From the IMG/VR virus record IMGVR_UViG_3300043466_002666: a stretch of 64,000 nucleotides of DNA; one strand, 5' to 3'. Positions 8,654 to 13,973 of this stretch are shown here, piece after piece; the first letter of the stretch is position 1; the number at the start of each line of letters is the position of its first letter. The notes below the pieces were generated by a model, which worked only from the letters and a program-made list of their open reading frames with translations, was not told where the DNA came from and did not search any database. A program made the translations under genes and the position numbers. The DNA is from a virus.

Positions 8654-8910
8654 TCTTCCCACCCATCAAAGTATTCTGTGAAAAAGTTGAAACTCAAACC
8701 AACCTTACCAACTTGAAAATCTACTCCAAATAAAGAATTAGTAAAGAATGAGAATAGGATGTGTAATCCACCATCACTAAAAACTAAACGACTGGGATTT
8801 TCATAATGAACCCAGAATAATGTTTTGTTGTTGATGATACCAAACTGCCAGGTGCGGTCAGCATCACCATCGTCCCAAACTTTTTTATCGTATTGGAAGA
8901 GTTTAGTCAT
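8650..8910 (-). CDS. hypothetical protein
   Basis: 86 aa, aromatic beta-rich, coupled on both sides. Confidence 0.7.
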   Translation of the reverse strand: MTKLFQYDKKVWDDGDADRTWQFGIINNKTLFWVHYENPSRLVFSDGGLHILFSFFTNSLFGVDFQVGKVGLSFNFFTEYFDGWEE

Positions 8911-9181
8911 ACTTTGCCTCCACTTCTTTCACTCGTTCCATAAAACTATCGGAACCGTGATCACCACTATAAAGATAATCAATATGCCTCATAATCTCTG
9001 CCATTTTACGCATCTGAGGCAGATAGGATTCCAGACACTCAATCACTTCTTCTGGAAATCCTTTGTAATATCCCCATTCATCATGCATGAAGTTGTTTTG
9101 AATCTCTTCTTCCAACTCATCTGCAAACTGTGATACCTTGTAATAATCATAACTGCAGTTACCGAAATGTCCGCCGCTCAT
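8903..9181 (-). CDS. hypothetical protein (MSGGHF N-terminus)
   Basis: 92 aa, coupled on both sides. Confidence 0.75.
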   Translation of the reverse strand: MSGGHFGNCSYDYYKVSQFADELEEEIQNNFMHDEWGYYKGFPEEVIECLESYLPQMRKMAEIMRHIDYLYSGDHGSDSFMERVKEVEAKYD

Positions 9182-9489
9182 GGTTGTGTCTCCTGATTAA
9201 TTGGGGGTGGGGGAGTTAGTGGGGGAAGAGGTACAGGTGGTGGCGTGGCTGGTTTAACCACTGTAGGTTCTGGAAGTGGTTCTTCAGGTGGTGGAGTTGT
9301 AGCAGTAGTTTGCTCTTTCAGATCAGAGAGTTCTTTTTGTAGTTCGGTGATGTGAGTTTCATACTGCACAGGAACTTCCACTGCAGGTTTCACATTACTT
9401 TCTTGTGCGAGTTTCCAACCTGCAGCACCAGCACCGAAAATACTAGCGAGGGCAGCAACGACAGAAATGGTTGATTGAAATTTGCTCAT
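9178..9489 (-). CDS. hypothetical membrane-anchored/secreted Pro-rich protein
   Basis: start re-assigned to ATG 9489, downstream of the promoter; N-terminal hydrophobic segment, coiled coil, poly-Pro tail. Confidence 0.7.
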   Translation of the reverse strand: MSKFQSTISVVAALASIFGAGAAGWKLAQESNVKPAVEVPVQYETHITELQKELSDLKEQTTATTPPPEEPLPEPTVVKPATPPPVPLPPLTPPPPINQETQP

Positions 9490-9510
9490 GATTGAATCTT
9501 GAACGAATGT

Positions 9511-9567
9511 AGTATAGGACAAAGGACTCAAGAGGTCAAGAAAAAATGGACAGCTCAGTTACTGTCC
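9511..9567 (-). promoter_or_regulatory. sigma70-type promoter TTGACC-17-TATACT with upstream dyad GGACAG-N8-CTGTCC (may also act as a terminator hairpin)
   Basis: -10 at 9511-9516, -35 at 9534-9539, inverted repeat 9545-9570 followed by T6 on the minus strand. Confidence 0.75.
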
Positions 9568-9771
9568 ATTCAGCTGCTCTAGCTCGTTGGTGAGTGCTAG
9601 TAAATCAGTTTTATCAATCACAGAAAGATTGTTGAGTTTCTGTGCTGTCATAGTTTTTACATGTTCTGTGGTTTTACGAATAATTGCAGCAACTAGCTTT
9701 TCTTCTGTATCTGCCCATGCATTGCGTTCTTGCCATATCTCAGACATTAATTGTTGTGCTCTTTGTGTCAT
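9559..9771 (-). CDS. hypothetical protein, ELEAL-related
   Basis: MTQRAQQLMSEIW...AAIIR...LTNELEQL. Confidence 0.75.
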   Translation of the reverse strand: MTQRAQQLMSEIWQERNAWADTEEKLVAAIIRKTTEHVKTMTAQKLNNLSVIDKTDLLALTNELEQLNGQ

Positions 9772-9772
9772 A

Positions 9773-10102
9773 TCAATCCCAAGGTGCCGGTTTTTTCATA
9801 ATCTCTTTTAATCTTTCAACTACTTTAGGGTCTGGTGGTTCATTCAAGCGTTCTACAAGTGCATCAAAGTTTTCTTTTGATAGAATAATCTTTTCTGGTG
9901 GATAAGAACCCTTACCCCAATACTCTTCAAACTTATGAACATAATTCATATGATCCCAACCATGATTGAGAGAAACCCAAAACTCTTCCCAAACATAATA
10001 ATCATCAAGGCGAAATCCTTCATGACTGATCAGACGATACCACCACCAGAATGGCGTATAACGGAGAAATCTATTTGAAATGATTAATTTATGAAAGTTC
10101 AT
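9773..10102 (-). CDS. Trp-rich protein with DUF1778/TacA-antitoxin-like C-terminus
   Basis: start ATG 10102; EEFWVSLNHGWDHMN motif; C-terminus KIILSKENFDALVERLNEPPDPKVVERLKEIMKKPAPWD. Confidence 0.6.
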   Translation of the reverse strand: MNFHKLIISNRFLRYTPFWWWYRLISHEGFRLDDYYVWEEFWVSLNHGWDHMNYVHKFEEYWGKGSYPPEKIILSKENFDALVERLNEPPDPKVVERLKEIMKKPAPWD

Positions 10103-10401
10103 TTCTTCGCCCAAGAATACTCATACATATACATCCAACCATCATTCATCTCACTCCACATCGCATAAGGAAGTTTATAAGAATACTTCTTATCTCTCAT
10201 CCAATAAGACCACGCCTCCCAAGCATTTGCTATATTTTGAAATCCCCAGATAAAGTGTCTCCACTTCTCATTATCATACACCCAGTCGTTGTTTGTATCA
10301 AATGGGTTCCACCTGAAGTGAGGTTCAAAATCACCATCATAGCAGTAACGATTATACTGCTTGCGGGTGTAGTTTTTATATCGTTGTAGGAGATTATCCA
10401 C
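10099..10401 (-). CDS. Trp-rich hypothetical protein
   Basis: probable GTG start at 10401 (8-nt overlap with the upstream TAA); AMWSEMNDGWMYM motif. Confidence 0.6.
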   Translation of the reverse strand: MDNLLQRYKNYTRKQYNRYCYDGDFEPHFRWNPFDTNNDWVYDNEKWRHFIWGFQNIANAWEAWSYWMRDKKYSYKLPYAMWSEMNDGWMYMYEYSWAKK

Positions 10402-10576
10402 AATTAGGCATCCAAATGGTAGAGAGTTTGTTTTTCTTTGCAGTGATGTTGAAATGATCAATCTGACCATTCTTATGATAGATTCCACACCAGAGGAACC
10501 CATCATCCATCATCTCAAAGTGTATCATATCAATGTCCCGAATGACAAGTTCATCAGGATTCTTTTCATCGTTCAT
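10394..10576 (-). CDS. hypothetical protein
   Basis: 60 aa, ATGA-coupled. Confidence 0.7.
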   Translation of the reverse strand: MNDEKNPDELVIRDIDMIHFEMMDDGFLWCGIYHKNGQIDHFNITAKKNKLSTIWMPNCG

Positions 10577-10794
10577 TTTGCCTCCCAGAATTTACCATCA
10601 GGACCACAAGAATAATCAAGTTCTTTCCAACATTTTGCTCTCAACATATCACAAAATCGTTGCTTATAACCACTTACAAGGTCATCAGTCGTATTTGGAG
10701 AGGCACACATATCATATTTGCTAGTTCTAAAAAAGATATGTTCTATCCAAGATTTACGATACCACTTACAATCCTTACAGAGTTTTTTGGTCAT
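10573..10794 (-). CDS. Cys-rich hypothetical protein
   Basis: CKDC...C...FCDMLR...CGPDGKFWE pattern. Confidence 0.75.
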   Translation of the reverse strand: MTKKLCKDCKWYRKSWIEHIFFRTSKYDMCASPNTTDDLVSGYKQRFCDMLRAKCWKELDYSCGPDGKFWEAK

Positions 10795-11057
10795 TGATAA
10801 GGGTTCTTGAGATTGTTCAGGATAGCATCAAAGAAAGCAATACGATCTTTGTCGTATTCTACATCAACACCATGTTTTTTGCAATAGTCCATGATAGATT
10901 TTTCTGTTTTAGTTGGAGAATAACAATAACGGAACCTAGCAAAAGTAATATGATCCTTGAACTCTTTTTTCATGATCTCAAAGAGTTGGAAGAGTTCTTG
11001 TTGTGTGAGTTCTACTTCCCGTTCAGTTGTTTGATGTCCTTTGAATTTGATGTTCAT
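10791..11057 (-). CDS. hypothetical protein
   Basis: 88 aa, ATGA-coupled. Confidence 0.7.
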   Translation of the reverse strand: MNIKFKGHQTTEREVELTQQELFQLFEIMKKEFKDHITFARFRYCYSPTKTEKSIMDYCKKHGVDVEYDKDRIAFFDAILNNLKNPYQ

Positions 11058-11353
11058 GAGTAATTAAAATGATAATGTGTTTCCCAAGTAAAGATTGGTT
11101 GATCACGCTTTTCAACCATAATCTTAACACGATCTGGAATTAGATTGTCATAGCGTTTAAAAAACTCTTCTTCAGTTTGTTCTTCCGAACATTGAAGATG
11201 GTATTCATGACCAACAAACTTTTCCCACTGTTCTTTCTCACGGTCTACACCATCATATGATTGATAGTTACGGCAGATCTTCAACCAAATAGATCTTCCT
11301 TCACCAGTGGCAAGATAATCTACTACAAAGAAGCGATAAAATGGTTCAGTCAT
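11054..11353 (-). CDS. hypothetical protein
   Basis: 99 aa, DYLATGEGR motif, coupled on both sides. Confidence 0.75.
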   Translation of the reverse strand: MTEPFYRFFVVDYLATGEGRSIWLKICRNYQSYDGVDREKEQWEKFVGHEYHLQCSEEQTEEEFFKRYDNLIPDRVKIMVEKRDQPIFTWETHYHFNYS

Positions 11354-11810
11354 TCTTTAAATTCCTCACTCTAACAAGAAACTCATCACTCTGTTTATAT
11401 AATCCTGCAATCAAATCCTTGATGTCATCAATTGCAATTGCATTGTACTCCACATTCATGTTTTCACAAATGAGAGCATCAATCATACATTCTAGTGCCA
11501 TTGCTTGCATATGCTCTGGTGTGATTGGTGTGCCATGTGGCATCCCAGAACATTCATCATTGTAGAAAGCATTATATCGTCGAAGAACAGTTTCACTTCG
11601 TTCTTTGCGTTCCCATTCTTCTTTTTCAATTGCTGCAAGTTGTTGAAGTGCATCACCATTTTCATCAGCAAGTTTATCTAAAGCGGTAAATGCTGCTTCT
11701 CGTCTTGCAGCTTCTTCAAGCATTTCTTCATGTGTCATTCGCTTTGCCCATCCTAAATTTGGCCAGGTGTCTCTAAAAATTTCGTTTAGTTTCTCGTTTT
11801 GGTAATACAT
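11346..11810 (-). CDS. hypothetical protein (start uncertain: 11810 or 11738)
   Basis: long open frame with an 8-nt overlap with the downstream gene. Confidence 0.65.
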   Translation of the reverse strand: MYYQNEKLNEIFRDTWPNLGWAKRMTHEEMLEEAARREAAFTALDKLADENGDALQQLAAIEKEEWERKERSETVLRRYNAFYNDECSGMPHGTPITPEHMQAMALECMIDALICENMNVEYNAIAIDDIKDLIAGLYKQSDEFLVRVRNLKND

Positions 11811-12000
11811 CAAAGCATACTGAGTTAAATTTACCTCTGACACCACGAAGTTCAATTTTAGTATGTTGCGAATGAACTTCTACATGCTCAACATAATAGG
11901 TATCACCAACAATTAGTATACCAGTAGGGTCATCATTATTACCCCACTTAACTTGCTCTGGGGTACACCCTAAAAACTTAACATTGTCTCCTGCTTTCAT
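11773..12000 (-). CDS. hypothetical phage protein
   Basis: 75 aa, EQVKWGNNDDP...HTKIEL...FNSVCF. Confidence 0.75.
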   Translation of the reverse strand: MKAGDNVKFLGCTPEQVKWGNNDDPTGILIVGDTYYVEHVEVHSQHTKIELRGVRGKFNSVCFDVLPKRETKRNF

Positions 12001-12146
12001 CTTTCTAGTTTGGTTTCTATGAATAGATTATTTAAAATGTCATCACAAACGCCATACTCTTTACCATTAAGTGGTACTTTATTCATTTGGTAGTACCGTA
12101 CAGCGTTAAAGATAATCTTCTTTTGTTCTAGTGTAAATTCAGTCAC
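11997..12146 (-). CDS. small hypothetical protein (not in ORF track)
   Basis: GTG start, (M)TEFTLEQKKIIFNAVRYYQMNK...KLER*, 49 aa; GTGACTGA and ATGA overlaps. Confidence 0.6.
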   Translation of the reverse strand: MTEFTLEQKKIIFNAVRYYQMNKVPLNGKEYGVCDDILNNLFIETKLER

Positions 12147-12324
12147 TGGCCCTCCATTGTGTAAGTTTAGTACGAGTAGATTGAAACTCTTCTACTGCTT
12201 GAAGAATCATTTGTGCAGATTCATTTGCATCTGATTCATCCCATCCATCATGGTTTATACCATGAGAATAGTAACCATACAAATGGTCTTTAATAGTATC
12301 AATCAGTTTGTCATAGTGTGTCAT
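12139..12324 (-). CDS. hypothetical protein
   Basis: 61-aa ORF. Confidence 0.7.
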   Translation of the reverse strand: MTHYDKLIDTIKDHLYGYYSHGINHDGWDESDANESAQMILQAVEEFQSTRTKLTQWRASD

Positions 12325-12329
12325 AATAG

Positions 12330-12352
12330 AAAAGGGAACTGATTAAGTTCCC
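12330..12352 (-). terminator. putative intrinsic terminator
   Basis: minus strand GGGAACT-TAATC-AGTTCCC hairpin followed by TTTT. Confidence 0.55.
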
Positions 12353-12361
12353 ATGGAAAGA

Positions 12362-12544
12362 TCAATACTCGTAATCGTCATAATCTCGGAAGGTGGATTC
12401 ATTACGATTCCATCGTTTGGTTCCAGAAATTTTGTAATTCTGGAATCCTTCATCATATTCAAGATCTTGAAGTGATGCATTCTGGCGAAGCTCAGAGAGG
12501 CTGCCAGTTTGAGATTTGTTTCCTTTACGAAATGTGCGTCCCAT
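12362..12544 (-). CDS. hypothetical protein (basic MGRTFRK N-terminus, acidic tail)
   Basis: 60-aa ORF downstream of the promoter at 12605-12633. Confidence 0.7.
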   Translation of the reverse strand: MGRTFRKGNKSQTGSLSELRQNASLQDLEYDEGFQNYKISGTKRWNRNESTFRDYDDYEY

Positions 12545-12553
12545 AGTTAGTAA

Positions 12554-12718
12554 TTAGTCTGCGTAGTCGAAAGTGTAATCGTAGTCGTGGTCTGTGGCGT
12601 AGTCATCATAGGACTCTTCATCGTACTTGTCAAGCCCCTTTTTGCGATAAATCTCATCAAGTTTGATTTCATCACGAATTTGATCCAGAATGGATCCTCG
12701 GTAACTTAAATAAGCCAT
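12554..12718 (-). CDS. small acidic hypothetical protein (not in ORF track)
   Basis: MAYLSYRGSILDQIRDEIKLDEIYRKKGLDKYDEESYDDYATDHDYDYTFDYAD*, 54 aa, GAGG RBS. Confidence 0.6.
   Translation of the reverse strand: MAYLSYRGSILDQIRDEIKLDEIYRKKGLDKYDEESYDDYATDHDYDYTFDYAD
12605..12633 (-). promoter_or_regulatory. sigma70-type promoter TTGACA-17-TATGAT (inside a CDS)
   Basis: consensus -35, 17-nt spacer, near-consensus -10. Confidence 0.65.
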
Positions 12719-12743
12719 AGACGAATCCTCGTTTAACTGTAAT

Positions 12744-12772
12744 AATATATATGAGATTTATGGATTTGTCAA
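12744..12772 (-). promoter_or_regulatory. sigma70-type promoter TTGACA-17-TATATT
   Basis: intergenic, upstream of the 12718 start. Confidence 0.7.
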
Positions 12773-12794
12773 GGGGTTCGGTGATCAGTAAAAC

Positions 12795-12932
12795 TTATGA
12801 ATCTAATAAATGAGTTTGATTTTTTAGATCAGTGTCTGCAATGTGCATCATAAGAATAATCTTATTGACTAACACTTGCAGTTCTTTGAGTTGGGTTTCA
12901 ACAGATTCTATTCTGTTGGCCAACTCTGACAT
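12795..12932 (-). CDS. small coiled-coil hypothetical protein (not in ORF track)
   Basis: MSELANRIESVETQLKELQVLVNKII...*, 45 aa. Confidence 0.45.
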   Translation of the reverse strand: MSELANRIESVETQLKELQVLVNKIILMMHIADTDLKNQTHLLDS

Positions 12933-13060
12933 ACTGCTATCCATTCATCAAACTCCTCACCAATTGAAATTGCATCTTCATAACGACCTTCTTCAAGTAA
13001 TTGTTGAAAACGGTCACAACGTTCTCTAAGAATTTTATCGAGAATTTTAGTTTTGTTCAT
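12908..13060 (-). CDS. small hypothetical protein (not in ORF track)
   Basis: MNKTKILDKILRERCDRFQQLLEEGRYEDAISIGEEFDEWI...*, 50 aa, ATGA-coupled. Confidence 0.6.
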   Translation of the reverse strand: MNKTKILDKILRERCDRFQQLLEEGRYEDAISIGEEFDEWIAVCQSWPTE

Positions 13061-13329
13061 GATACTTTACCCCATTTGCCAATAGGACATGATCCAGTTT
13101 TGAGTCTGGTTTTTGCACTCATAAAGCATCCACATCGACGACATTGTGTAGTTTTGGCATTGAAGTCTTCACAGGATCTACAGGTAGACATTCTTGCCTC
13201 CTGTACTTTGGATTCTACAAAGATGGACTTGCCCTTGGCAAGCTCTCCGATAGAATCTGTAACAGTATCGGAGAGCCCCTTGAGTTTGTCCATCAATTCA
13301 TTTCTGATGTCATTGGGGTTAGACATCAC
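13057..13329 (-). CDS. Cys-rich putative metal-binding protein (DUF6171-like)
   Basis: R..TCRSC...QCRRCGCFM..K......CPIGKW. Confidence 0.75.
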   Translation of the reverse strand: MMSNPNDIRNELMDKLKGLSDTVTDSIGELAKGKSIFVESKVQEARMSTCRSCEDFNAKTTQCRRCGCFMSAKTRLKTGSCPIGKWGKVS

Positions 13330-13532
13330 TCAGATACTACTTCAGTTTCTGATAGTTCAGATGCAACTTCTTCTTCTGGAGTTAGAAGAGTCAAACCTTC
13401 AATAGCTCCTTGAAGTTTTACAAAAAGTTCTTTCTTTTGATTTAATTCGATTTCAAGTTTACGAATTTCATCCATAGTCTGAGCTTGCTGAGACTTGAAG
13501 TTTTCTAGTAGTTGTTCAGGTGTCATTGTCAT
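13326..13532 (-). CDS. coiled-coil hypothetical protein
   Basis: 68 aa, KLQGAIEGL heptads. Confidence 0.75.
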   Translation of the reverse strand: MTMTPEQLLENFKSQQAQTMDEIRKLEIELNQKKELFVKLQGAIEGLTLLTPEEEVASELSETEVVSE

Positions 13533-13560
13533 TTGTGTTACCTAGAATGGTGAAAGGGTA

Positions 13561-13589
13561 ATCGTAACATATTTATCATGGTTTGTCAA
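13561..13589 (-). promoter_or_regulatory. sigma70-type promoter TTGACA-17-TACGAT with a late box GATAAATA (13570-13577) in the spacer
   Basis: read directly from the sequence upstream of the 13532 start. Confidence 0.65.
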
Positions 13590-13594
13590 GGGGG

Positions 13595-13623
13595 TTGACA
13601 GGGGTAACCGAACCTGCTATAAT
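13595..13623 (+). promoter_or_regulatory. perfect sigma70 promoter TTGACA-17-TATAAT (extended -10 TG), antisense orientation
   Basis: ttgaca ggggtaaccgaacctgc tataat; no + strand gene follows. Confidence 0.7.
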
Positions 13624-13630
13624 AACCATG

Positions 13631-13942
13631 TCAGGGTTCAGAAATTAGGTCTTTAGAGTCATTTAGAGATTCAGATGTCTCTTCCTCTGTAGGTTCAATT
13701 GTTTCTGGTGGAATAATGTCAGTTGGATCAATAAATGTAACTGCATTTACTCTTACTTTATTTTGTACTCCACGAAGCTGACCTTCAAAGATTTCTTGGA
13801 GGTAGTCTTCATCAATAGTATTTTCATCAATATAAGGAATGTTAACCTGCCTCTTATGAACTAGTCCATTGTCATCAGTAAAGATCATTTCTGCAGTTTT
13901 ATCTCCAACTTGATATTCGGAGACTTCATATGTTATTGCCAT
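13631..13942 (-). CDS. acidic hypothetical protein downstream of the tail fibre (possible fibre-associated protein)
   Basis: 103 aa, late box GATAAATA at 13971-13978. Confidence 0.7.
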   Translation of the reverse strand: MAITYEVSEYQVGDKTAEMIFTDDNGLVHKRQVNIPYIDENTIDEDYLQEIFEGQLRGVQNKVRVNAVTFIDPTDIIPPETIEPTEEETSESLNDSKDLISEP

Positions 13943-13973
13943 GAGTAATATGATTGTAGATAATCAAACATAT

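Noticed and set aside
4009-12324. Small-gene array as a true integron
   Set aside because: No integrase, and no attC-like palindromic spacers; the genes overlap directly
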